From Octopus vulgaris (lineage: Eukaryota): a stretch of DNA of 64,000 nt. Shown here in pieces: positions 28,413 to 41,526 of the stretch. The position numbers were made by a program, and so were the translations under genes. Under the pieces are notes generated by a model. It was not told the DNA's origin. It made no database searches and saw nothing but the letters and a program-made list of their open reading frames with translations. The stretch is from NCBI GenBank assembly GCA_951406725.2, contig OX597820.1:2232001-2296000 (forward strand), read 5' to 3'. Position 1 is the first letter of the stretch. Each line of letters starts with the position of its first letter.

Positions 28413-28415
<3 letters not shown>
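27728..28415. mobile_element. Non-autonomous Tc2/pogo-like DNA transposon (MITE) in (TA)n
   Basis: TIRs ta-ccgtatttaacggcatattagacacac / gtgcgtcctatatgccgtcaaatacgg-ta. Confidence 0.8.
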
Positions 28416-28453
<38 letters not shown>

Positions 28454-28627
28454 GCATACTGGGAGAAGGAAAGAAACGAAACGAAGCGACGCGAGGGCGC
28501 TCAGTCATACAATAATGTAATAAATAAAATATATGCATTATATATATTTATATATGCATGTATATATACATGTAGATGTAGGTACGTACATATATGTTGG
28601 TATGTATGCATATATTTTATTTATTAC

Positions 28628-28670
<43 letters not shown>

Positions 28671-28874
28671 ATGTGTGTATGTATGTATGTATGTATGTAT
28701 GTATGTATGTATGTATGTATGTATGTATGTATGTATGTGTGTATGTATGTATGTATACCATACTCTTTTGCTAGTTTCAGCTCGAGGGCCATACCCATAC
28801 TGGGGCACCGCTAATATAATAAGATACTATGGTGTATTTATATATAAGTGTGTGTGTGTATGTGTGCGCGCGTA

Positions 28875-28881
<7 letters not shown>
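28154..28881 (+). repeat. ~0.7-kb direct duplication, copy 1
   Basis: Near-identical to 33856-34554 apart from microsatellite lengths and a few bases. Confidence 0.92.
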
Positions 28882-28904
<23 letters not shown>

Positions 28905-28905
<1 letters not shown>

Positions 28906-29456
28906 GATTGATTGATTGATTGATTGATTCTAGTTTCAGCTTATGAGCTGTGGCCATGCTGGGGCACCGCCATTTTGTGTTGCTACTTGGTTTCACTTCA
29001 TGGAGGCTTTCTAGCAGCTGCTATTTGGTGCATGAGAGAGTTCGATGCAGCTGCCCTCATCTGCCCCTCCTGCCGTGAAGTTGGTTCATCTGGGACACCT
29101 GACAGGAAGAGATCCAGCTTCATTTTAAAGACATCTGTATCCACCCCATGCAGGTCTCTCAGGTTCTTCGGGAGGATATTGAAGAGCTGTGGGCCTCGGA
29201 AGCCCAGGCTATCACAGTATCTTGTCCTACATCTTGATGGCAGGTTTGGAGTCCTAGGCACCACGCAGTGGCGCCCAGTTCTGGCATTTGCGTAACTCTC
29301 GATGCCAAAGTTCAGGACACTTCCCTCCAGGATCTTCCAGATGTATATTATGGCATATCTTTCCCGCCTACGCTCCAGGGAATATAATTTTAATCTCTTG
29401 AGTCTTTCCCAGTAGCTTACATTCTGCATAGAGGCTATCTTCTTTGTGTAGCTTCG

Positions 29457-29457
<1 letters not shown>
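28905..29457 (-). mobile_element. CR1/L2-group LINE 3' fragment
   Basis: ORF2 C-terminus SYWERLKRLKLYSLERRRERY..IWKILEG...GPQLFNILP..LR...FKMKLDLFL..VPDEP, then a 3' UTR ending ggcggtgccccagcatggcc..ctgaaac and an (AATC)n tail. Confidence 0.85.
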
Positions 29458-29490
<33 letters not shown>

Positions 29491-29594
29491 CATTAATTAG
29501 TGCGGTCATGCTGGGGCAATGCCTTAAAGAGAACTTTGAAAAGACTTAGAGTGGTCATGCTGGGGCAATGCCTTAAAGAGAACTTTGAAAAGAC

Positions 29595-32222
29595 TTGCTG
29601 AATCTTATAGATGATATTAGCTTCAAGGAACACCCGTTAAGATACAACCCTCACCTTAGACACCTTAGGAACTTTATTCAGTCAACCCGGTGCAAACATG
29701 GAATCCTAGTACCAGCAGATAAAACGGGTAATATGTATAGAGTTGATTACGATCTTTATAGCAAATTAATTAGGAAAGAACTAAACTCCAAATATAAAAT
29801 TACGACTAAGAACAATTTGAAAAAAGTAAACCTGGAAATGAAAGAGATCATGGAGAAACTAAATTTAACGGATAGAACAGAGCCGCTTAAACCGTGTGAG
29901 CCCAGGATCAACCTTAAAGACCACAAAAAGAATTTCTTGGAAAACCCTTCGGTAAGGCTGATCTGTCCAACTAAGTCGGACATTGGCCGACTTAGTAAAT
30001 CTATCCTGGATACTGTTCTACCCCAAATAACCCCTCTTCTCCCCTTAAACCTATGGCTAAGTACAGACGAAGTTCTAAAATGGTTTAACTCTCTAACTAA
30101 TACTAGTAGTCTGTCCTTTATTCAGTTCGATATTAATAGTTATTACTCTAGTATTTCCCCTATCTTGCTCAACAAATCACTAATATTTGCCATGAATCGC
30201 TCCCTCATATCTAGAGAAGAAATCAATATTGTGCTACTAGCTAGGAAGACATTTATAGAATTTGAAGATAAATTATGGACTAGAGCAGATACACCTAATT
30301 ATTTTGATATACCAATGGGTTCCAGTGATTCGGCTGAGGTAACCAACCTAGTAGGCGCATATCTATTAAAATGCATAAGCAAGGATATCCCAGAAATACA
30401 GGGGGGTCTATATAGGGATGATGCTCTGTTTGTTATCCCTAGTAATAATAAATCTATTATAGAAAGGATTAGAAAGAAAATTAATAAGTTCTTTAAGGAT
30501 TTCAACCTCAGCATAACGTATGAACCTGGCACTAAAATAGTTAACTTCCTAGATATTACGCTAGACCTTAACTCCAAGCTGCATTACCCATTTAGAAAGG
30601 AAGGCGAAATCACGAATTACGTAAATAAATTATCAAATCATCCCCCAAATATAATTGAATCTTTAGTAAGAAATATTTCATTAAGAATTTCAAAATTATC
30701 ATCCAATAAGGATATATTTAACTCCCATTCTGAGCATTATAATGCGGCGTTAACTAAGGCTGGATACAACCAAAAGATTACATTCGTTGATAAGGAGAAC
30801 TTACGTATTCCTAATAAAGAAGTTATCAGTAATCGCGTAAGCAGCAATACATACCAATCCCGAAATAAAAGTAGAATTAAATTAACAGTAAACGCTAATC
30901 TAACGTACAGGCCCAACAATTCAAATAGAAGCATTGACCAAAACATAGGTAACTCGGATAATATCGAAGTAGATAAACCAAAGATGCACACAAATAAAAA
31001 TAAAAATAATGGTAATAAATACAATAACTCTGGTGAGATGAATAGTAATAATTCTACGAACCCTAAATTTAATAAAAAAGATATAATATGGCTGAATATT
31101 CCTTTCAACTGTGCGATACAATCGGATATACAGAACAAATTCAAAGTAATTCTGGAAAAAAATTTCCCAATCTCTCATAGATATCATAGAATTATTTCTA
31201 GGAAAACAGTTAGGATTTCTTATTCAACCCTCCCAAATATGTCCACTTTAATAGCTAAGATTAATAATAACAACATTAAACTAGCCAGGAAAGATAGAAA
31301 TAAAAATAATAATATCAGCATGAATACCAATAGCAATTATAATAATACTACCAACAATAAAAACAGCAATAGTAACTATCAAAACATGGGTGAAATTAGT
31401 AACCACAGAATGACTAATAACATTAACATTAATAGTAATAATAACAATACCGATATTAATAGAAGTAATAATGTTAATAATAGAAATAATAGAAATAAGG
31501 CTAATGGAGAAAATAAGGAGAATGAAAATATCAGTGATATCTATAACAACAATATGCAGTCGGATAAAAAGACTAACAATAATAGTAACATTACCAATAA
31601 TATAAGAAATCATGGTAGGACTTTAGACCTAAAAGATGAAACAGAAGGATCAATAAATAATAGCAATACTTTAGATATCAGCACCAACTATAGAAATATT
31701 AATAACAATAAGGACAATTATACTCATGATAATCAAAATAATAGGAACCTAAGACATCGACCCAAGAATAATCCAAAACCTGAAGTTGTTCCTCCTGTGT
31801 GTAAGTGTAGAATAAAATCAAAATGCCCGGCACCTGGTCTATGCGGGGAAAATAACGTAATCTATAAATGTACCATATCCACGGAGAATAACAAATATTT
31901 TTACATTGGATGTACAATTAATTTTCTAGCCAGAGTTAGAAATCACATCTCGTCTTTTAAATTACGTCATAAAGCTGGTACCACCATACTTTCAAACAAA
32001 ATCTGGGAACTCAAAAATAATAACAATAATTATAACCTTAATTGGGAAATAGTTAGGAGAGCAATTCCGTATAAAAATAGCAGGGTTGGTTGCCAACTAT
32101 GCTCCATGGAGACGTATGAAATTCTAAAGCACAGAAAACATAGAAACTTATTGAATAACTATATCGAACTAGGTCAAGTTTGTGTCCACGCTAAATTGAA
32201 GACTTTAAAATATTTTAAATGA
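29595..32222 (+). CDS. Penelope-like (Naiad clade) reverse transcriptase / GIY-YIG endonuclease, N-terminally truncated
   Basis: 875 open codons. Motifs: PADKTGNMY, FIQFDINSYYSSI, FDIPMGSSDSAE, GGLYRDDAL, VNFLDITLDL, SNHPP, CKCx5Cx5C, VIY..YFYIGCT..R..NH, CQLC..E..LLN..CVH. The start is TTG. The preceding FEKD motif is out of frame by one base. Confidence 0.92.
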   Translation: MLNLIDDISFKEHPLRYNPHLRHLRNFIQSTRCKHGILVPADKTGNMYRVDYDLYSKLIRKELNSKYKITTKNNLKKVNLEMKEIMEKLNLTDRTEPLKPCEPRINLKDHKKNFLENPSVRLICPTKSDIGRLSKSILDTVLPQITPLLPLNLWLSTDEVLKWFNSLTNTSSLSFIQFDINSYYSSISPILLNKSLIFAMNRSLISREEINIVLLARKTFIEFEDKLWTRADTPNYFDIPMGSSDSAEVTNLVGAYLLKCISKDIPEIQGGLYRDDALFVIPSNNKSIIERIRKKINKFFKDFNLSITYEPGTKIVNFLDITLDLNSKLHYPFRKEGEITNYVNKLSNHPPNIIESLVRNISLRISKLSSNKDIFNSHSEHYNAALTKAGYNQKITFVDKENLRIPNKEVISNRVSSNTYQSRNKSRIKLTVNANLTYRPNNSNRSIDQNIGNSDNIEVDKPKMHTNKNKNNGNKYNNSGEMNSNNSTNPKFNKKDIIWLNIPFNCAIQSDIQNKFKVILEKNFPISHRYHRIISRKTVRISYSTLPNMSTLIAKINNNNIKLARKDRNKNNNISMNTNSNYNNTTNNKNSNSNYQNMGEISNHRMTNNININSNNNNTDINRSNNVNNRNNRNKANGENKENENISDIYNNNMQSDKKTNNNSNITNNIRNHGRTLDLKDETEGSINNSNTLDISTNYRNINNNKDNYTHDNQNNRNLRHRPKNNPKPEVVPPVCKCRIKSKCPAPGLCGENNVIYKCTISTENNKYFYIGCTINFLARVRNHISSFKLRHKAGTTILSNKIWELKNNNNNYNLNWEIVRRAIPYKNSRVGCQLCSMETYEILKHRKHRNLLNNYIELGQVCVHAKLKTLKYFK

Positions 32223-33704
32223 TTAGAATATTCGTAACTAGATAGATAGATAGATATAACTTGATTTTTACTAGTATAGCACTGCTTTAAGTAGATAACT
32301 AAGAGTTCTCACACTACAGTTATCTTTTTTCCTTATATCTGCATCAGTTTTTTGAGAACAGGGAAATAAATAGTACTTATACGCTGCTTAATTGAGGCTT
32401 TATTTAATTTCAAATTCATAATTTTAAATCTTAATTTTAAATCTTAATTTTAATTTTTAATTTTTAATTCTTAACTTAATCTAATTTAAGTAGCATAACT
32501 TTAATAAAATAAAATGAGTTACTAAAGCCCCATAATTCTATTTCAAAATTAAATAAATAAGGCTACTCCCTCGATGATAGTATGATTATCTTCATTATGA
32601 TAGACAATTCCCTAACACCTTGTAAATGATCTTCTAAGATTTGACCTGTAGTCCGTCAATGTATGAATAATAACGGCAACTCCTTAAGACAGTAAAATGA
32701 ATAAATTAAATAAATAAATTTTAATGACTTTTTGATAAGATTATACTTAGATTTTCCTAATGTATTTTCTTTTGATTTTAGCCTTTGACCCCTATACCCC
32801 TGACCTTGTTATCTCTTTAGATTCTCTTTAAATTCATAGCTGCTTTCAACGGCGTCACGTTAGCAATAAATTAGCTGTTTTACTGGTCAAGGAATAATAT
32901 TCTCCTCTAGTTCCTAGATGCCTGCAAATTAAAACCAGACTTGCCGTCTACTAATTCTTCTGTATAACTAGAACCCTCTTTTTTTCTTTTTCTTTTCTCC
33001 CTTCTTTCCCTCTTTCTTTCTCTTTTCTCTTTTTTCTTTTTCTTCTTCTTATTCTCTTTTTTCTTTTTTCTTTTTCCTTTTCTCTTCTATTTTAGTCCCC
33101 CCCCCTTTTGCTCCCTCCTCCTTTATTTTCTCTCTTTTCCTCTCTTTCCTTCCCTTTCTGTTCTTTGCCTCTCTAGAAAGCCCTTCAGCCTTTAAAAAGT
33201 TAAATAGCTACAGTCTCTTGAAAATAGCAGTAATGTGATTAATGTGGCAAATACCTAATCATATAGCAAGAATTGATACCTACCTCATTGTGTTCAACCA
33301 TTGATAAATTTATCGTCCGTGAATATGAAATTCCTCTTCATTTCTCTGGAAATTTACATTTACACCATTGGAAATTGTGCATCTATACAAAGGATTGATT
33401 CACCCTCTCTGTAATGCTAATAAGCAGGAATTGAGACCCACCTCGTTGTGATTAGCAATGGATAAATTTGTCGTCTGTGAGTATGTAATCCCTCCTCATA
33501 TCTCTGGAAATTCATATGTACACTATGGATTAAGTCACCTTCTCTGTGATGCTATTAAAACTTTTTTAAAATTCTGTGATAAGACTGTACATCATCTTTA
33601 AAGAACTTTAATGAACTTTGGAAATCTGTTTATGTTACTTAATTATCTACATTACTTCATGAGTATAGCCTCAACCACTAGGATGTCTAGAGAACTCACA
33701 TGTA

Positions 33705-33795
33705 TTTTAGCTGATGAGTACGGGACACGTTTATATGCTGCAATTTTTGCAACTTTTAATAAAGCCTGTCCTTGTATGAAACGATTGTACTAAAA
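33705..33795 (+). ncRNA. Type I hammerhead ribozyme in the Penelope-like element 3' end
   Basis: Stem I ttttag/ctaaaa, CTGATGA 33711-17, stem II gtacgggaca/tgtccttgtat, GAAA 33778-81, minimal stem III c-gatt-g, GUA triplet ending at 33789. Confidence 0.88.
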
Positions 33796-33855
33796 ACCTA
33801 TCCATTCTTGTTGCTTTTTTCTCGCGTATATATATATACATATATATATATGTGG

Positions 33856-34966
<1,111 letters not shown>

Positions 34967-34980
34967 TATATATATACTTG

Positions 34981-35052
<72 letters not shown>

Positions 35053-35271
35053 TACATATATATATATATATACAAAAAAGCAATAAAGATTCAAGTCAAT
35101 TTAAATGAATTTACTTGAATATGGTACCTAACTTAGATACCAAAAAACTATACTTTTAACAATACAGTAATGTGGGGTGATTATAAGCCGAGGCATTAAG
35201 CTGGATAGGTGTGTAAACAATACAAGCACAGGTTTATTAAAGCAAGCACACTCCTACACACACACACACAC

Positions 35272-35354
<83 letters not shown>

Positions 35355-35355
<1 letters not shown>

Positions 35356-35733
35356 TCAAAGTTACCCCAACAGCAGAACGGGACGCCACTGCATGGTGCC
35401 AAAGATCCCAACATCACCATCAAAATACAGGACCAGATACTGCAACAGCTTGGATTTCAGGAGACCACAGCTCTTCAATATCCTTCCTAAATGCCTAAGA
35501 GACCTGCATGGTGTGGATGTGGGTTTCTTTAAAACTAAACTGGATCTCTTCTTGTCGAGGGTCTCAGATGAACCTACCTATCGGCAGGAAACACAGATGC
35601 GGGCAGCAGCGTCGAACTCCCTTGTTGATCAAGTGCCACGTATCAGGTGGTTTCACATACTAGTGTAGCTCATTCAACGGTGGTGACCCAGCATGGCCGC
35701 ACCTTCGGGCTGAAACATTTTTAAAGATTTAAG
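35355..35733 (+). mobile_element. CR1/L2-group LINE 3' fragment (second, diverged copy)
   Basis: SYPNSRTGRHCMVPK..RTRYCNSL.FR.PQLFNILP.CLRDLHGVD..FKTKLDLFL, homologous to 28998-29429, with the same 3' tail motif. Confidence 0.85.
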
Positions 35734-36699
35734 GATATATATATATATAAGATAGGCTTCTCTCAGTTTCCGTCTACCAAATCTCCTCACGAGGTTTTAG
35801 TTCTCTCATGGCTACTGTAGGAGACATTTGCCCAAGGTACCATGGCAATGGGGCTGTACTCGAAACCATGTGGTTGGGAAACAAACTTCTTATGACACAG
35901 CGTGTTTGAATTGCGTATACACACACACACACACACACACACATACAAGCAACGGAAGCACTAATGCAGAGATATGCACTTCTTTAACATAACAAGCAGT
36001 AAATATGATGCAATTTAAAAGTATATTATTGCTCGCTGCACCCAAATAATCGTTTCAGCAGGAAATTGGAAGCAAAGGTCAAATATTTTGTGTTCTAATG
36101 TTTTTGATGTCGTTCCATGGGAACAAATCTTTAAGTTTAAAATACGAACCATTAATTCCCGACCATTAATTCCTCGATGGAATAATAATTCTCTGTTTTA
36201 TTCTGTTTAATAGAATACACTTGATAAGTGTTTGTGTAGAATTAGAGCCATCTAAATTTATATGCGTTGGTAAAAAGTGCAATGCATAAGATACGAGTAC
36301 AACGTCCATTTTCCGAAAGCTTTTCTCTCGAAGCCCTTCTAGATTACTGATATTTCTGCACCATGGGTGGTCACCTCTAAATTAAACAAATATTAAATTT
36401 ACTTAAATAATTAAATGGAAAACAAGTTCATTTACGTTAGTATAAACGATACAAGTTTATTAAAACTGTACAGTTGCAATTGGGAATTTGAAGTTCCTGA
36501 TTGTAAATTTATGAAGATTATAAGGGATTCCAGACCACCAGTGTCCGGAACGGCGGTGTTGTACCTGTATTGAATTGTTAAATTCACACTCGTTTCGTTC
36601 TTTGGTCTAAGGTCAATAACACGCTAGTTCAACGAATAAGAAGAATCTATTTTTGCCTGCTTCATTTCGAAGTTGTTGTAGCAGCAGCGTTATGTAGCT

Positions 36700-37460
36700 A
36701 ATCTTAGTTATTCAGGGCGTAGACCTAGACTAGAAATGAAGTCTTGAAAGGAAGTTGAACTGTACTTGAACTGTACTTGAAAGGAAGTTGACCAAGCTGG
36801 AAGTGCTTATGGAATTATGTCCAACACCTTCTATTCACATGAAAAAAAAAGAATCTAACTATCAGTCGAGTCTGTTGCTAAGATACCACGCTTCCTTCTT
36901 TTGACCGTGAAGAGCAGGCAATTTTCCTCTGTCTGGTGTTTATGGTAAAAGGACAAGATTGAAATGACCAGGAACAGAAATTTTCTTCTTTGAGCCGGAC
37001 CTTATCAGCTCCAAGTTCCACTTGAAGTGGACAGTGAGGGCAGGAAAGGATGTGCTACTCTTCGGTAAAATCGTCAAAACGTAATCGAAGCTAACAAGAA
37101 CGCACTGGCTGGTCAGCTTCGAAAGACTTATGGGTCGGGGACTATCATGGATAACTCCCAGAAATCCCCTGCGAGGCAGTACTGCCAGTTCGAAATAGAC
37201 TCCACAGAAACAGAAGTGCAGCTAGACAGGAACTGCTCGAGATGTGCTCAGAGCGACGAAGCTGCACTGTATACATCTGTGCAGTATCCGAGTTATGTCG
37301 GACAGCTGCTGCCGCGTGTGGGATAGATCTAGCTTCCCATCCTACACCCGGACGTGTGGTAATGACAAAAAAAAAAGGACGAGGTTAAAAGGATTAAGGA
37401 CAGATACTTCCCTCTCCGTGAAGCCCTTATCGGCTGTAATAAAAGCTCCTGTAATAAATC
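36700..37460 (+). mobile_element. Degenerate L1/Tx1-like LINE 3' end
   Basis: Residual PSFDREEQAIFLCLV..LIS.KFHLKW.VR coding signal, followed by a UTR ending tgtaataaaagctcctgtaataaa and a (CAT)n/(TAT)n tail. Confidence 0.45.
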
Positions 37461-37480
37461 ACCATCATCATCATCATTAA

Positions 37481-37514
<34 letters not shown>

Positions 37515-37518
37515 GTCG

Positions 37519-37550
<32 letters not shown>

Positions 37551-37552
37551 AT

Positions 37553-37760
37553 TCAGCAGTCTTATTTTTTATTTATCTGTTTGTTTATTGTATCCTTCCA
37601 CTGTACTATTACGCATAGTTCTGTGTGACTCGGGGGTGTGCTGTGATTTTGTTTTGGTGCCGTTATCTTTACGACATGATCTGCACCGGATGTGTGCAGT
37701 TTCTAGCAGTGCTATTTTCTGTATCTTACGTGTTCGTGAGTTTTGGTTTTCTATTTGTCT
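37553..37760 (-). mobile_element. R4/Dong-like LINE extreme 3' fragment
   Basis: KIQKIALLETAHI on the minus strand, with a UTR similar to 40796-40900. Confidence 0.6.
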
Positions 37761-38909
37761 CTTATTATTATCATTAGCCGCGAGCTAAAGGCGGCGAGCT
37801 GACGGGATCGTTAGCACACCGGACGAAATGCACAGCGGTATTTCGCCCGTCTTTACGTTCTGAGTTCAAATTCTGCCTTTCATTCTTTCAGGGTCGATGA
37901 AATAAGTACCAGTTACGCACTGGGGTCGATGTAATCGACTTATTCCCCTCCCCCAAGCTGCCCTTGTGGCAAAAAATTGAAATCATTATTAGTCGCGAGC
38001 TAGGTGAATCGTTTGCATGTCAGACAAAATGCTTACGAGTATTTCGTTCGTCTTTACGTTCTGAGTTCAAATTCCGCCGAGGCCGACTTTACCTTTTATC
38101 TTTTCAGGGTCGAACACTGTGGTTGATGTAATCAATTTGTAATCCTTCCTTGGACCGAAATCTGAAAGCATTATTACTGTGATGGATTGGAAGAACCAAA
38201 AATGCCTCGAGAAAAATATATTTTCTTTGTGGCATTTGTTCCGGCTGTTCTGAGTTCAAATCCCGCCGAGGTCAACTTTGCCTTTCCTTCTTTGAACTAC
38301 CACCACCACCACAACCACCACCACAACCACCACTACTACTATTTCTACTACTGCTAACTAACCTAGCTGTGAGGGTGTGAGAAGGGCAGTCCGCGCTTGG
38401 ATGACGTTTTAGAGGGGCGGCGGCTTTAATGAGTATTATATTGTTTCTCGGGTGGCAAATACGAACTCAAGGACTACTCCGGACGGCACAACTTCGCAAC
38501 CACCACCATCACCACCACTACTACTACTGCTGCTGCTGCTGTTGTACTACTACAACTACTACAAACAGCAAAAGTAACTGTAGTAGTAGTGTGTGAGTAA
38601 TTTCGTTTTGTATCACTTTCTCATTCTCAGAAATCCTGTTGATATAATTTCTGGTTTGGGTCGAGAGTCTACACTTTTTGTTCGTATCCTGGTTCCTTGT
38701 AAATGTCAACAACCAATTTACAAGTACCAAATATTGCGTAACATTAATGTAATATGGTGGTGCTTATGCCTCGGCTGTTATGGGAAGCATTGATTGAAAA
38801 ACAAAAGTTGACGCGACCTAATTTTAAAGAGCAACTTGGTTACTTTTTAGTCAAGATAATACATATGGGAGCAGCCGGCCAACCCGCCGAAGAGTCAGCG
38901 TTTCCCACA

Positions 38910-39131
38910 TGCCTATTTCTTTACTACCCACAAGGGGCTAAACACAGAGAGGACAAACGGCTTAAGTCGATCATATCGACCCCAGTGCGTAACTGGTACT
39001 TAATTTATCGACCCCGAAAGGATAAAAGACAAAGTCGACCTCGGCGGAATTTGAACTCAGAACGTAGCGGCAGACGAAATACGGCTAAGCATTTCGCCCG
39101 GCGTGCTAACGTTTCTGCCAGCTCGCCGCCT
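38910..39131 (-). mobile_element. SINE family A
   Basis: Well-conserved reverse complement of the family A head and core. More copies lie at ~24405-24620, 37788-38290, 42925-43105, 43486-43665, 47660-47850, 52270-52470 and 55149-55316. Confidence 0.85.
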
Positions 39132-39724
39132 TTCCCACATACCATTATCTTCAATATTCTGTTTCTGATCAAAACGTCTTAAAATCATGCTGGGCCAGTC
39201 AAAAAAAAGAAATAATCATAAACGGAACAGCCACACACTGCTAGTCGGTCAGTTACTGAGGCACTTGACCTGAAATAAGATCGCTTATGAACTTGATGTG
39301 TTGAAATAGAATAAATATCAGAAGATGCAAAATTGTCCGGCAGTGGTCAGCGAGAGCACCGGAGGCCCTTTCAATGGCGCGCACTCGCAGACATTCACAT
39401 GCTCAGATGAACATTCTTGACCTCTGATGTAGGGAGAAGGGAATAAAACATTCACCGATGTCGTCAGGCTGAATAAAAATCTGGTATAAGCAACTTAGGC
39501 GTTATTAAATTTGAATAGCTATCAATATATCATACTAAATGTATACACTCTGTCGAAAGAATTTGTTCTGCAAAATTTGTTCTGAAATAACATCTCTTAT
39601 GAACGTGTTGAGTTAAAAACAATAAATATCAGAGGAAATGATAGAAAAAATTCTAAGGGGGTTGGTTTATTTTTTTACCCTGGAAAAACATAGCCGTTGT
39701 TTAGCATCATGGACAAGATATTGA

Positions 39725-39797
<73 letters not shown>

Positions 39798-40710
39798 CTT
39801 TCTCTCTCTTTCCATGTCTCTGTTTACATATGCTTGGAAAACGATTAATTTTATTCAGAAAGAGAGCAGCAGCGAGCACGAGGTTCGAACTAAAGGCCAC
39901 AACTGTATACGTGTCGGAGATCCATTTTTAATCGCACTATATACGAGGACGAGGAGGCACATGGCCTAGTGGTTATAGCAGCGAACTCGCGGTCGAGGAG
40001 TCGCGGGTTCGAATCTCAGACCGGGCGATGTGTGTGTTTATGAGCGAAACACCTAAGCTCCACGCGGCAACTTCTGCTGACTCTTTCGCCACAACTTTCT
40101 CTCTCACTCTTTCCACCTGCATCTAGCAGCTCACCTACGATGAACCAGAGTCCCGTCCAGGTGGGGAACTTATACGCCAAGGAAACCGGGAAACCGGCCC
40201 TATGAGGGCGTCGGACGAGCAAAGTAAAGGTCATCACAGAGACGCCCTACACTGACAAACACAAAATGATGTCAGCAGTGAAAGAATACGGGGAAATACT
40301 AGAACCCAAGTCAATCCCCAGGAGAAACGGACAAAAATATCGCCGTGGTCCAAGCGCTTGCACCGGATTGCACCGGAGATTTTTCCGGACATCCTCGGAC
40401 ATTGTCACAGTTGCTTTTAATTTTTTTACTTCTCGAAGGTCTTAACTTGTTCTGGTTGATTCTGTGAGAGCGGACAGCAACCTGCCGTCAGAGGTCTCAC
40501 AGGGTCTCTTCCCGCAAATTATAAGCTTTGGTACTTAGATGGTCACTTATCGTGGAAGACATTCAAAGACCAAAGCTTATAATTTGCGGCAAGACACACT
40601 GTGAGAGGGTCAAGCACTTGGTGGATTACCCCGGAGAACCTTCTACACATTCTTGATCATTGCTGTTGCTGTTGTTGTTGTTATTATCATTATTATTATT
40701 ATTATCATCA

Positions 40711-40795
<85 letters not shown>

Positions 40796-40799
<4 letters not shown>

Positions 40800-41244
40800 T
40801 AGTTTTATTTTTATAGCGTGCTTTCACTTCACTACCGAGCACAGCTCTGTGTGCCTTGGGTATGTGCTGTGATTTGTTGTGATGCTCTGATGGTTATTGT
40901 ATGGAAAGTGTTCTGCGTAGGGTGTCTGCAGTGCCTAGTAGTGCAATTTTCTGTATGTTATATGTGTTTGTAAGTCCTGGTGTTTTTGTTATGTATTTGT
41001 CTGAATATTTTTTTATCATGCCTAATGCACCTACTATGATAGGAATTGTTTCTGTTTTCAGATTCCACATTCTAGTTACCTCTATTTCCAGGTCTTTGTA
41101 TTTTGAGAGTTTCTCCATTTCTTTTAGAGACACGTTGTCATCAGCCGGTATTGATACTTCAATTAGAAAGCATTTTTTTCTTCATGATCTCTGACAACTA
41201 TATCTGGTCTGTTGGCCTTAATTTCTCTATCTGTGTGTATCGGC
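40796..41244 (-). mobile_element. R4/Dong-like LINE 3' fragment inserted in (TAA)n
   Basis: IEKLRPTDQI (frameshifted), then LIEVSIPAD..KLSKYKDLEIEVTRMWNLKTETIPIIVGALGMI..QKIALLGTA..LRRTLS. (TAT)n on both sides. Confidence 0.88.
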
Positions 41245-41274
41245 ATATTATTATTATTATTATTATTATTATTA

Positions 41275-41332
<58 letters not shown>

Positions 41333-41334
41333 CA

Positions 41335-41381
<47 letters not shown>

Positions 41382-41391
41382 ATTATTATTA

Positions 41392-41512
<121 letters not shown>

Positions 41513-41526
41513 CATCATCATCATTA

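Larger units (their letters stand above)
29575..33826 (+). mobile_element. Penelope-like element (Naiad-type), 5'-truncated, with 1.6-kb 3' UTR and hammerhead
   Basis: RT plus GIY-YIG ORF, a 3' hammerhead ribozyme and (TA)n at both ends. Confidence 0.9.

Noticed and set aside
29595-32300. Selenoprotein recoding as described for some Naiad elements
   Set aside because: There is no internal in-frame TGA and all finger cysteines use TGT/TGC. Read-through of the terminal TGA adds only four residues, and no SECIS could be identified by eye.
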